This document shows, piece by piece, positions 1-9,445 of a DNA stretch of 64,000 nt. Below the pieces are notes generated by a model. It did not search any database and was not told where the DNA came from. It saw only the letters and a program-made list of their open reading frames with translations. This DNA is from Nitrospirota bacterium (GTDB lineage Bacteria > Nitrospirota > Thermodesulfovibrionia > Thermodesulfovibrionales > UBA9159), in assembly GCA_963699545.1 (NCBI GenBank), contig CAVOUE010000006.1, positions 352,001-416,000 on the forward strand, written 5' to 3'. Numbering within the stretch: the first letter of the stretch is position 1; every line of letters begins with the position of its first letter. The position numbers and the translations under genes are program-made.

Positions 1-769
1 CCCCTTGCCGGTCCGCATCCCTGATAAAGGTCTTCACTTCCCTGTCCTCTAAAGAGTGGTACGAGATCGCGCAGAGCCGCCCGCCCTTCCTCAGGAGACC
101 TGCCGCAGCATTGAGCCCGCCGCGGATCTCGCCGATCTCATTATTCACCTCGATCCGCAGCGCCTGGAACGTCTTGGTGGCGGGATGATGTCTTCCCCGT
201 CCCCGGTAGACAGTGAGTACGATCTCAGCAAGTTCCCTGCATGTGACAATCTTTTTCTTTGCCCTGTACGTTCTTATCGCCCGGGCGATCTTCGGAGCGA
301 GCCTCTCTTCTCCATACTCCCTCAGTATCCTTCCCAGTTCCTTTTCAGGATACGTGTTCACCACATCTTCAGCCCTCAGTCCCTGTGACCTGTCCATCCT
401 CATATCGAGCGCTTCATCTGAACTAAAGCTGAATCCCCTGCCGGGGTCCTTGAACTGCATCATCGAGACGCCGAAGTCGAAGAGGATCCCGTCCACCTCA
501 CAAACGCCTTTTCCCCCAAGCACGTCTTTGAGATTGGAGAATCTCCCCTGGGCCAGAACAACCCTGCTGTCCCCCAGTCTTTCCTTTGCCATCTTCAATG
601 CCTCATCGTCCCTGTCGATCCCGATAAGCCTTCCTCCCGGACCGATCAACTTGAGCAACTCTTCTGCATGACCCCCGAGACCCACCGTTGCATCCACATA
701 TATTCCCCCTGGCTCCGGTTCCAGCACCCCCATCGCCTCCCTCACCATCACGGGGGGATGCACTGTCAT
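1..769 (-). CDS. rsmH: 16S rRNA m4C1402 methyltransferase RsmH (3' end outside window)
   Basis: Manual translation from ATG at 769: MTVHPPVMVREAM...YVDATVGLGGHAEELL...IGIDRD, later GILFDFGVS and LDMRMD; directly downstream of mraZ. Confidence 0.95.
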   Translation of the reverse strand, partial: MTVHPPVMVREAMGVLEPEPGGIYVDATVGLGGHAEELLKLIGPGGRLIGIDRDDEALKMAKERLGDSRVVLAQGRFSNLKDVLGGKGVCEVDGILFDFGVSMMQFKDPGRGFSFSSDEALDMRMDRSQGLRAEDVVNTYPEKELGRILREYGEERLAPKIARAIRTYRAKKKIVTCRELAEIVLTVYRGRGRHHPATKTFQALRIEVNNEIGEIRGGLNAAAGLLRKGGRLCAISYHSLEDREVKTFIRDADRQG

Positions 770-1222
770 CTAAAGACCGTATGACGCCAGGCGTTCTTCT
801 GCGGCCTTTCTGTCTATCTTCGAGATATCAATGACCGCTTCCCATGCTTTCCTGTCCCATATCTCGATCTTCTCGATCTGCCCCACAATGACCACTTCAC
901 CGTCAATGCCGGCATCCTGCCTGTGCGCGGACGGGATGAGGATCCTTCCCTGCTTGTCAATAGGACATTCCTGAGCACACGCAATGACGCGCCTCATAAA
1001 GAGACGGACTTCTTCAAGCATCTTCGGAAGCTCTCTCACTTTTTCTTCAAGCCTTGACCATTCTTCGGAGGGATATATGTGGAGACAACTGTCCATGAAG
1101 GCATTGGTGATGTACAACTTTGGACTGTAACCGGAAGAAATGATCTCTCTGAAGGGAGCAGGTACCATGAGCCTGCCCTTTTCATCCACGGTGTAATAAT
1201 ATTTCCCAGAGAAAGCTGGCAT
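770..1222 (-). CDS. mraZ: Division/cell-wall cluster transcriptional repressor MraZ
   Basis: Two DxxGR motifs (VDEKGRL, IDKQGRI), IEIWD; upstream of rsmH; start taken at MPAFSGKY. Confidence 0.95.
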   Translation of the reverse strand: MPAFSGKYYYTVDEKGRLMVPAPFREIISSGYSPKLYITNAFMDSCLHIYPSEEWSRLEEKVRELPKMLEEVRLFMRRVIACAQECPIDKQGRILIPSAHRQDAGIDGEVVIVGQIEKIEIWDRKAWEAVIDISKIDRKAAEERLASYGL

Positions 1223-1227
1223 TTCCC

Positions 1228-1252
1228 CCCACTTTTTACCACAATTTACCAC
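1228..1252 (-). promoter_or_regulatory. MraZ autoregulatory boxes
   Basis: Minus strand GTGGT-AAATT-GTGGT-AAAAA-GTGGG: three GTGG units at 10-bp period just upstream of the mraZ start. Confidence 0.8.
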
Positions 1253-1457
1253 CAATATATAAGAAAGGGGCGTCCTTGTCAAGGGAAAAATGAATATTTT
1301 TTGAGAGTTACAAGATATTGTGGGTCGGGTAACGCGTGTACACTATATATTCGTATCATGAGCCAAAAACCGCCAGATCACAAAATTCCTCCCGAAAATG
1401 CTTGAATGAGCCTGTCCGGAAACTCCAGTCCATCATTCCCCGGGCGCGCAAGACCCT

Positions 1458-1495
1458 TTGACTTTCAGGATAAAAAGTAATACAATGTATTACTT
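1458..1495 (+). promoter_or_regulatory. Sigma70 promoter with overlapping operator palindrome for the BrnT-type TA module
   Basis: TTGACT(1458)-17 bp-TACAAT(1481); perfect inverted repeat AAGTAATACA-A-TGTATTACTT (1475-1495) covers the -10. Confidence 0.75.
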
Positions 1496-1510
1496 AGAGG
1501 AGAGCTTCCA

Positions 1511-1783
1511 TTGAGGATAAGGGATTTTGAATGGGACGAGGGCAATGTCGTGCACCTTGAGCTGGGTCATGGCGTGAGGCCCGAGGAGGCGGAGGAAGTC
1601 TTTGCGTGTAAGCCGTTGTATCGAAAGACGAAGCAAGACCACTACGTTGCGATGGGACCGACGCATGAAGGCCGTTATCTCACCATTGTGTTCGCGTTGA
1701 AACGGGACGGCGCAGCAAGGGTTATTACGGGGTGGGACATGGATAGGGCTGAGATCAGGTACTGGCAGAAACGCCGGGGCTAA
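1511..1783 (+). CDS. BrnT-family toxin
   Basis: 90 aa; FEWDEGN..H...HGV...EAEEVF and GRYLTIVF...ARVITGWD signatures. Confidence 0.85.
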   Translation: MRIRDFEWDEGNVVHLELGHGVRPEEAEEVFACKPLYRKTKQDHYVAMGPTHEGRYLTIVFALKRDGAARVITGWDMDRAEIRYWQKRRG

Positions 1784-1796
1784 GGCCCGGAAGGAG

Positions 1797-2096
1797 ATGA
1801 AGGGTATGAAGGTTAAGGCGGCAACGAAGAGGATGACAAACGAAGAATACTATGATAAGAGGGGTGTCCTCGACGAGATCGTTGAAGGGGACATAGCGAT
1901 CAGCCTCGACGAGGCCCTCGCCAGGGACATCGTGACGGGAAAGCGGAGGAGGAAGCTGCAAAACGTGACCATCAAGATCGACCCGCTGTATCTCATCTCG
2001 ATCAAGAAAGTCGCAACGAAAAAGGGTATTCCGTACCAAACGCTGGTGCGGCAGTGGGTCGCTGAAAAGATTCGGAAAGAGCTGAAAATTGCATAG
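1797..2096 (+). CDS. CopG/BrnA-like antitoxin
   Basis: C-terminal RHH-like VTIKID...IKKVATKKGIPYQTLVRQW; follows the toxin. Confidence 0.8.
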   Translation: MKGMKVKAATKRMTNEEYYDKRGVLDEIVEGDIAISLDEALARDIVTGKRRRKLQNVTIKIDPLYLISIKKVATKKGIPYQTLVRQWVAEKIRKELKIA

Positions 2097-2122
2097 AGCG
2101 GAGCAATCGCTTCCCTAGGGTT

Positions 2123-3418
2123 CAAGAGGGACGCGCCCCGTATGCCTATCATCAGATTCCTGCGGAGCGGGCAAAGCTAAAAAAGTCGATTGCTTTTGCA
2201 CAGATAGCGACTCACAATCACTTTGTATTTGACAAAGATGGCGCGGCCTTTAATGAAAAGGCGCCATTGATTAAGCTGGACAAAAGTGCTTCCGATGCTG
2301 ATCACCATTTACTGATGGGTTTCCTCAACTCGTCATCTGCACTCTTTTGGCTTCGCCAGGTTTGTTTCAGCAAGAGAGAGGCTGAAGTAGCTGAGAGCGG
2401 CACATATTATGAATTCGCCGGCGGCAAGGTTGAGCAATTGCCCGTGCCTGATGGGATCGCTCATTCCCTCGAAGGGAAGTCAGACAAGATATCCAACCGT
2501 CTTTCATTTCTCTCCGAGGAATGCTGGAAACGGGGCCAGAAGGTGCCTTCTCTTGGCATGAAAAAGCTTTTCGAAAAAAAAGGTGAGGCTTATGACAAAT
2601 GGAATCGCTCGTTGCCAGGGTACATTGCTCCTCATCCTTTGATCGCTGAGCCGTTTGCAGACGCTCCTTCACTCCAGGATGCGTATGCGAAAACGATCTC
2701 GGAACGTGAACTATTGCGTACTGAAATGATCGCGCTTCAGGAAGAAATGGACTGGCTTGTTTATGAGGCTTATGGTCTGATCGATAAGAAAGCAAAGTGC
2801 ACGATGGATTCGAATGAACTGCCCGAGCATTTGCCTCTAGGCCAGCGGCCCTTCGAGCTTTGGGCAGCGGCAGACGAAGATGTTGAAAAAGCGTGCGAGC
2901 TTATTCCGGCTGAATGGATCGCTTTGCGCCGGGAGCTCTGGAAGCAACGACTTGAAGTCATAAGAGACAACGAACATATCCGCAGGATAGAACAGCCTGT
3001 ATACAAGCGGCGGTGGTATCAGCCAGATTCTTATGAAAAACAGTTCACAAAAGCATTCGAATGGTGGCTCCTCGAAAAGGCCGAGTGGTGGCTTGAGAAC
3101 AAGAAAGCCGGCGGTCCTGTATCCCTTGAGGACTGGGCTGCGGCATTGTGGAAAGATGACAGGGTGCAAGCTGCTGCATCTGTTGTCGAAGGTAAGAGCC
3201 TCACCTTTGCCCTCTTCACCAAACTTTTCAAAAGTGTGATCAATTCCGAAACCGTCCCGGAAGGTATCCCCTTCGCAAAACCATGGGACGAACTCGAAGC
3301 CAAAGGGAAACTCCCGGCCAAGGTGAAAAACATCCGTGGCAAGCTCAACGTCCCCCGCGAACGCTTCCGCCTGCGCGGAAAAGACGAGTACCTCTGGGCT
3401 GGGTTAGATTGGAAATAG
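2123..3418 (+). pseudogene. 5'-truncated C-terminal part of a BREX-2 PglX-like adenine DNA methyltransferase
   Basis: Frame is open upstream of the listed TTG and reads IAFAQIATHNHFVFD...APLIKL, LNSS.ALFWL, LQEEMDWLVY..YGL, IEQPVYKRRW, RGKLNVPRERF; no SAM-binding or NPPY motifs; start coordinate approximate. Confidence 0.7.
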
Positions 3419-3432
3419 TTTTTCCGTACTGC

Positions 3433-3461
3433 TTGACAAAAGTTAACTCATAGGTTAATTT
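3433..3461 (+). promoter_or_regulatory. Putative promoter/operator of the TAC operon
   Basis: TTGACA(3433)-17 bp-TAATTT(3456); imperfect inverted repeat AAGTTAAC-N6-GTTAATTT; the -10 sits unusually close to the ATG at 3462. Confidence 0.45.
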
Positions 3462-3830
3462 ATGATTGACAGCGAGATAATTTACCGGGGGAGATGCTTT
3501 ACCATATCTGGCATTACGGTCAAAGGCATTTGCCTCGTCCAAGAATTCATAGAGGGACTGAACGAACCGGACAAGCAGAAGGTGTTGGCGCTTCTGCAGC
3601 GGTCCGCTGATAATGGACCGCCGAAAAATAAGGAAAAGTTTAATCATCTTAAAGATAAGATATTCGAGTTTAAGTCATACCAGATGAGGCTTCTTTGTTT
3701 TTTTGCGACGGATAAAGTGATACTTCTCACTCATGGTTTTATAAAGAAGAAGGACAAGACCCCCAGGGAAGAGATTGAAAGGGCCAAGAGTTTGAAGGCC
3801 TCATATCAACGAAGGGAGAGAAAAAAATGA
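3462..3830 (+). CDS. RelE/HigB-like (Gp49-like) toxin
   Basis: KFNHLKDKIFEFKSYQMRLLCFF...ILLTHGFIKKKDKTPREEIERAK signature. Confidence 0.85.
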   Translation: MIDSEIIYRGRCFTISGITVKGICLVQEFIEGLNEPDKQKVLALLQRSADNGPPKNKEKFNHLKDKIFEFKSYQMRLLCFFATDKVILLTHGFIKKKDKTPREEIERAKSLKASYQRRERKK

Positions 3831-4213
3831 AGACAGAACAGTGGTTCAACCGTTTGATTGACGAATACAGAGAGGACGCGGAGTTTCGGCTTGAGGGAAT
3901 AATCCTGGACTTTACCGAGAAGATTGTCGCTAAGATGGAAGAAAAAAAGGTCAGTCGGGCTGAACTCGCGAAAAGGCTTGGCGTTTCAAAGGCGTTCATA
4001 AGCAAGTTGCTCAATGGCAACCCGAACCTCACCATCAAGAGCATGATGTCCATCGCCGCTGCCCTCGGGTGCGACCTCAGCCTGGATATTTTCCCGAAAG
4101 GTTTTGAGGCGCGACATTTTTATGTCTGCACAAATAAAAATTTTGACGCAAGAAAATTTACGAAAGCGGTGAAGCCTATTATCGGGGAAGAAGTGAATGC
4201 AAGCGCTGCTTAA
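3827..4213 (+). CDS. XRE-HTH (HigA-like) antitoxin with C-terminal extension
   Basis: SRAELAKRLGVSKAFISKLLNGNPNLTIKSM HTH; ATGA overlap with toxin; ~40-aa aromatic-rich tail ending NASAA. Confidence 0.8.
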   Translation: MKTEQWFNRLIDEYREDAEFRLEGIILDFTEKIVAKMEEKKVSRAELAKRLGVSKAFISKLLNGNPNLTIKSMMSIAAALGCDLSLDIFPKGFEARHFYVCTNKNFDARKFTKAVKPIIGEEVNASAA

Positions 4214-4649
4214 CATAGACGACTACTTTGTCGAAGAGTTCTCAATAAGAACCAATCCGAATTACAAGAAGGCGGAGGCCGAACAAGGCGGTTTGGAAAT
4301 CTCTTTTGACATAAAGAGGAAAGGCACGGAACCCAGGTTTATGATCTTAATGCAGATAGACCTGAATAAATCAAAGAAGGCCTTTTCGTCCGCAGCATAT
4401 CAGATTTCGCTTAAGATCAGTGGTTTCTTCAGTTTTGTGGAGGGAACGCCTGAAGAAACAATGAACAAAATGATTGGACTCAATGGCTTGTCAATACTGT
4501 ATGGTGTCTCAAGAGGCATTGTAGCCCAGGCAACTGCGAATTGCCCTCACGGGAAGTTCATCCTGCCTTCCATGAATTTTGTGGTATTGTTGAAGAAGAA
4601 AGCTCAGGCGGTGGAACGACTGGCGCGTGCGCAGACGAAGAAGAAGTAA
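4197..4649 (+). CDS. SecB-like chaperone
   Basis: 150 aa, beta-rich N-half, YQISLKISGFF, NGLSILYGVSRGIVAQATAN...FILPSMNF resembling the SecB C-terminal helix motif; overlaps the antitoxin gene. Confidence 0.75.
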   Translation: MQALLNIDDYFVEEFSIRTNPNYKKAEAEQGGLEISFDIKRKGTEPRFMILMQIDLNKSKKAFSSAAYQISLKISGFFSFVEGTPEETMNKMIGLNGLSILYGVSRGIVAQATANCPHGKFILPSMNFVVLLKKKAQAVERLARAQTKKK

Positions 4650-4883
4650 TCGCGGATAAAACAGGGACATCATCGTTTTAATCTGAGCATTCTCCTCTTC
4701 TTTCTGACAGCCTGAAAAACGGCGAGCAATTGACAATGAAGCAAAAAAATGATATGGCAAAGTGCTGGTCGGTGCTCGGTTTAGGCCATAAGGGGCCAGA
4801 CGGAACACCTGGTTATAAAAAGCGTTTACAACAACTGTAAACAAAAAGGCTGTCTATTACAATTTTATTTCTTTATTGCCTTT

Positions 4884-4908
4884 TCTGCGAACTCCGTGTT
4901 CTCTGCGG
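4884..4908. repeat. 9-bp-period degenerate tandem repeat
   Basis: TCTGCGAAC TCCGTGTTC TCTGCGG. Confidence 0.55.
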
Positions 4909-5002
4909 CTAAATTCACATCCTTCCCGGGGAATACCCTGCTTCAGGAATCTTCATGATGTCCCGGTGCTATAATGAAACTGTGGAGAGAGGAAATATCC
5001 CC

Positions 5003-5725
5003 GTGAAGAATCTGCGGCTGTTCATCCTCGCAGTCCTCCTGCCCCTCATGTTTCCTCCAGGCGCGTCATCGGAGGTGATCATCCATGACCTCATTGCTGC
5101 CCGCGGCAAGAAGATCACCATCAGTATAGAAACGAGAGGGAGGTTCTTCATCAAAGGGGGTGAGGTTGTTCAACTGTCCATCGACGGCAAATCGGTGGGA
5201 AACGTCCTTTCAGGGGGAGATGGCTTTGCCTTCAGACAGTTTACTCCGCAAAAGACCGGCATCCATCGGATCATCGCCAGGACAGGAACTGAGGAGGGAT
5301 CGGGACTGCTCATTTCGATGAAGCAGGGAACAGGGATAGTCTACGTGGACGTGGAAGGCAGTCTCCTGGAAGCGCCGTTCTCAATGAAACCAAGAAGTGG
5401 AAGCAAAGAAGGAATAGAGGAAATCGGCAGAAGGTATCCCGTGGTTCTACTCAGTTCGGAAAAAGCAAGTACAAAGACTCTTAAGGCATGGCTGAAAAAG
5501 AACGGATTCCCTGAGTTGCCTGTCGTCCCCTGGGACGGAGGGAAGATCTTCGAAGATAGCCATGAGAAGGGGCTTGCGATAAGGGCCATAATCGGGAGCC
5601 CTGACATCATCACATCCGCGAGGGAATACCGCCCCAGGGCATTCAGCTTCACGGAGGCAGAGGGAGCACGGGAGGTGAAGGACTGGGAAGAGATAAGAAG
5701 GGTTCTGCGGTCCGGCGGTTTTTGA
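5003..5725 (+). CDS. Exported hypothetical protein with degenerate HAD-like C-terminal domain
   Basis: GTG start after GGAGAGAGG; signal-peptide-like N-terminus; VYVDVEGSL, WLKKNGFP and IIGS motifs. Confidence 0.6.
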   Translation: MKNLRLFILAVLLPLMFPPGASSEVIIHDLIAARGKKITISIETRGRFFIKGGEVVQLSIDGKSVGNVLSGGDGFAFRQFTPQKTGIHRIIARTGTEEGSGLLISMKQGTGIVYVDVEGSLLEAPFSMKPRSGSKEGIEEIGRRYPVVLLSSEKASTKTLKAWLKKNGFPELPVVPWDGGKIFEDSHEKGLAIRAIIGSPDIITSAREYRPRAFSFTEAEGAREVKDWEEIRRVLRSGGF

Positions 5726-5782
5726 CATTCATGGTTGCGACCTATATAATGCAAAAAATCCGATTGATCAGGAGAGGACCGC

Positions 5783-6583
5783 TTGAGAATAGGACGTGTG
5801 AGGATAGGCAGGATACGTTACGCAAATCTTTTCCCCATTTTTTACATGCTGGAGAGGAGCGCTGACCGTTCAGCATATGAGTTCGTTGACGGAGTGCCCT
5901 CCGTCGTGAACAGGCTTCTGCGGGAAGGGGATATCGCGATAAGCCCGTCTTCTTCCATAGAGTATCTCAGACACAGGGAGAAGTATACGTTTTTGGACGG
6001 CCACTCTATAAGTTCAGCGGGGCCGATTGGGAGCATCCTCCTCTTCAGCAGAAGGCCTATCGAGACCCTGGGTGGGTTGGTCGTCCTCGCTTCGTCCCAG
6101 TCCGAGACTTCAGTGGCACTTCTCGGGATCGTCCTGAAGAAATTCTACGACCTTGATTGCCCGGTGAGATCCACCTCGGAGCCCTTTGACAGGGCCATCG
6201 AACGTCATAGCGCATACCTCCTCATCGGTGACGATGCATTGAGGGAAGCTCTCAGGTGGCCGAAGCTTTATATGTATGACCTGGGAGACATCTGGTATAA
6301 GAACACCGGCCTGCCCTTTGTTTTTGCGCTCTGGATCGCGCGCAACGACTGGAGGAGGAAGGAGCCTGCGCTCTTTGAACGGTTCAGGCAGGACCTGGAT
6401 GCCGCCAAGATCAATGCCCTGAAGGATCTGCAGACCATCGCCAGGGAATCATCTCTCGTCAACCTGCTTTCCGTTGACGAGATCGTTTCTTACTGGAAAG
6501 CTATCTCCTACGAGCTCGACGACGAACATAAAAAAGGCCTCGAATTATTCCGGAAGTATACTGAGGAACTGAAGCTCCTTTAA
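5783..6583 (+). CDS. mqnA: Chorismate dehydratase, futalosine menaquinone pathway
   Basis: RIGRIRYANLFPIFY, GVPSVVN, SSSIEY, SETSVALL, LLIGDDAL, DLGDIW..TGLPFVFALW. Confidence 0.85.
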   Translation: MRIGRVRIGRIRYANLFPIFYMLERSADRSAYEFVDGVPSVVNRLLREGDIAISPSSSIEYLRHREKYTFLDGHSISSAGPIGSILLFSRRPIETLGGLVVLASSQSETSVALLGIVLKKFYDLDCPVRSTSEPFDRAIERHSAYLLIGDDALREALRWPKLYMYDLGDIWYKNTGLPFVFALWIARNDWRRKEPALFERFRQDLDAAKINALKDLQTIARESSLVNLLSVDEIVSYWKAISYELDDEHKKGLELFRKYTEELKLL

Positions 6584-6607
6584 ACAGCGCCTTTCAGCCG
6601 CGACGGG

Positions 6608-8095
6608 TTATCCGTTGTTTTTCTTCTCTTCCAGTTTGGCCCTGAGTATGTCCCCGAGACTCCCGAAGCTCCCCGACGAAGTTGAGTTTCTTGCGGATTC
6701 CTTGTATTCGTCGAACTCGTCCTGCGCAACCTTTTCGATCATGGCCTTGCGGCTGAGGCGGACCTTATTGTTTGCAGTATCCACATCAATCACTGCAACC
6801 TGCATCTCAGTGCCGGGAGGGAACATGCGCCTGTGGTCTGTCCCTGATGGTGTTCCCATCTCCGCGTTCGGAATCAGTCCTTTAATGCCGTTATTCATCT
6901 TCAAAAAAATTCCATAGGGCATTACCGTTTCAACTGTACCGTCGAGGATTTCTCCTACAGCGGGAAGGACGATCTTTGCAGGCTCGACCTTCGGCTGCAT
7001 GGAGAGTGAGATCTTCCTCTGCTGCTGGTCTACGGAGTGAACATAGACCTCCACCCATTGCCCGGAATCGACAACTTCCCTCGGATGGTTGATCCGCCTG
7101 CCGGCGCCGAGATTGGAGATGTGGATCAGACCTTCGACCCCCGCTTCAAGCCTTACAAAGGCGCCGAAGGGCAAGAGACGGATGATGGAGCCGCCTACCC
7201 TGCTGCCCACCGGGTATTTTTCGGCGGCTGAGACCCATGGATCAGGCTGCATCGCCTTCATGCTCAGGGTGAGACGGTTGCTCTCCCAATCTAAAGAGAT
7301 GATCTTTGCGGTTATGCTTTGACCGAGGGAGAGCACGTCACCGGGGGTTACACTCCTGTCCCAGGACATCTCGCTCACAGGGATCAGAGCATCGATGCCT
7401 CCCAGGTCCACAAAGGCACCGAACTTCTGTATTGATTTCACTGTGGCGGTGACTTCCATTCCCACTGCGAGGCTCTCCTTGAGGTTCTCGACCCTTGTCT
7501 GCCTCTCCTGTTCGAGGAGCACCTTTCTGGAGAGAACTATTTTTCCCCCCTCTTCCCCGTATTCCAATATCTTGAAGGGAAATGTCCGGCCGGGATAGAT
7601 GCCGCCTTCGTGTCCTCGCTTCAGGTCGATCTGGGAAAAGGGGCAGAAGCACCGTACCCCGCCGACCGATACCTCAAAGCCTCCCTTGATCTCCTGTTTC
7701 ACCTCGCCGTTAACCGGCACCCCTGCCTCGTATGCGTCCCTGATGGCGTTCAATGTTACGGCTGAGTATCCGCCAACAAGGGTTGTCAGTTTCATTAAAC
7801 CGTCCTGGACGGTCACAAAAAATGCCTCTACCTCGTCACCTTCACGGACACCGGTTGTTCCCTCCTTATCGATGAATTCAGCGAGGTCCACAGCCCCTTC
7901 ACTTTTTCCTCCGAGATCGATGTACACAAGGTCCCCTGATACACTTACGACCTTTGCCCTGACCTTCTGCCCGGGGTAAAGTCTTTCGCCCATACTGCTC
8001 TTGTCGAGCATTGAGGCAAAGTTTTCTTCCTGCTCTCCCTTCACCTCTGTGTTCCCGGTATCAGGAGAATTATTTGCGATATTCTCATCAGGCAT
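6608..8095 (-). CDS. Ribosomal protein S1-like multi-S1-domain protein
   Basis: Five S1 repeats (FGAFVDLGGID, FGAFVRLEAGVEGLIHIS, YGIFLKM), C-terminal GSLGDIL. Confidence 0.85.
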   Translation of the reverse strand: MPDENIANNSPDTGNTEVKGEQEENFASMLDKSSMGERLYPGQKVRAKVVSVSGDLVYIDLGGKSEGAVDLAEFIDKEGTTGVREGDEVEAFFVTVQDGLMKLTTLVGGYSAVTLNAIRDAYEAGVPVNGEVKQEIKGGFEVSVGGVRCFCPFSQIDLKRGHEGGIYPGRTFPFKILEYGEEGGKIVLSRKVLLEQERQTRVENLKESLAVGMEVTATVKSIQKFGAFVDLGGIDALIPVSEMSWDRSVTPGDVLSLGQSITAKIISLDWESNRLTLSMKAMQPDPWVSAAEKYPVGSRVGGSIIRLLPFGAFVRLEAGVEGLIHISNLGAGRRINHPREVVDSGQWVEVYVHSVDQQQRKISLSMQPKVEPAKIVLPAVGEILDGTVETVMPYGIFLKMNNGIKGLIPNAEMGTPSGTDHRRMFPPGTEMQVAVIDVDTANNKVRLSRKAMIEKVAQDEFDEYKESARNSTSSGSFGSLGDILRAKLEEKKNNG

Positions 8096-8590
8096 GATTT
8101 TCTACCTCTCTGCAAACAATTAAGATCTTCTCCACTCACTATACCCTTCGGGGTTATGACCATAACCTGGCAGGCAAAGAAAAACATGGAACTGAAGTTT
8201 AATAGATTTGTGATACATGAGTCAATGCCATGCGGGGGAAAGATTTTCTGAGTTCGAAATCTTCCATCACGGGAAAGACCGGCGTACAAGACAAGAACGA
8301 GAACATACCCTGAAGAACCATAATCAATTTCCTTGCAAACGCTTGCCGCCTTCTTGCATGCAATAGCTTACATTGATATGCAAGTTATTGCATGACTAGA
8401 GGTGTAAGTTCACTCGTAGTTTCTTTAAAATCAAACAACTTAACTCCCGGAACGGTATTTGCTTCTCTATTGTACGGATTACGATAATAGGACCATCCCT
8501 TGGCCAGTTTCGAGGACTTGCATGGTCACTGGCTATCCCCTGAAAGCGGGGCACCGAAGAATGACTTCGAAAAGACCCGAAGGAGGCATT

Positions 8591-9097
8591 ATGATGAACG
8601 CCGTCAAGATAGCGATCAAGACAGAGACTGATGCCATAGCCTTTTATGAGGAAGCGGCACAAAAGACCAGCCACCCCATTGGGAAAAAGATGTTCCTTTC
8701 GATCATGGAAGACGAGAAGAACCACGTTGAAGACTTCAAGTGTATCCTCAACGGGCTTCATCTGAAAGTCCGTGATGCGGTGAGCCGGATGAGAAAGATA
8801 AAGACCGTGTTTGAAGGAAACCGGGATGCCTTCCTTGGCAGGATCAGGGCAGCAACAGATGAGATGGAGGCCCTGAAAGTGGCGATGCAGATGGAAAAGG
8901 AGAGCATAGAGTTCTACAAGAGGCTTTCAAAGAAGGTGAAAACCCCAAAGGAAAGGGCGCTCTTCGAAAGGCTTGTCAGGGAAGAACAGCACCACTATGC
9001 CATATTCTCCGAAACCTATTTTTTCCTGGCGAACTCTGAAAGCTGGTTTCTGTGGGAAGAGCACAGCATTGTGGACGGCGGCACTCCGTGGGCATGA
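8591..9097 (+). CDS. Rubrerythrin/ferritin-like protein
   Basis: AGGAGG RBS; duplicated AxxxExxxxxFY ... ExxH motifs. Confidence 0.85.
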   Translation: MMNAVKIAIKTETDAIAFYEEAAQKTSHPIGKKMFLSIMEDEKNHVEDFKCILNGLHLKVRDAVSRMRKIKTVFEGNRDAFLGRIRAATDEMEALKVAMQMEKESIEFYKRLSKKVKTPKERALFERLVREEQHHYAIFSETYFFLANSESWFLWEEHSIVDGGTPWA

Positions 9098-9445
9098 CGG
9101 ACGAAAATGGATAGAAGAGAACCCGGTTCCCGGGGAAACCTCCAAGGTCTCCCCTTTTCAGCATGGAGGTTTCTGTGCTGAGCCCGCGGGGACTTTGACG
9201 TTATCCTTCCTTCTTCCTCCCTCTCTTCCAGAACCTGATATAAATCTTAATAATGGTATAATAACAGAGTTGGTAAGAACGGGCATGGTGCGCTATTATT
9301 CTGTAAGGACGGCAGGAAAAGTGTATCGATAGGAGGGATATCCCTCAGCAGAAGAACGAACCCTTTCCTCACCTGCATGTTTCACTGTTATCGCAGCACG
9401 ATCAAGTAACGAGGTTACATAGACGGTGTTAACCCAAGGAGGACA

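Noticed and set aside
1408-4714. GAGCCTGTCCGGAAA and TTTCTGACAGCCTG as transposon ends around the defence island
   Set aside because: Poor complementarity, no target duplication, no transposase
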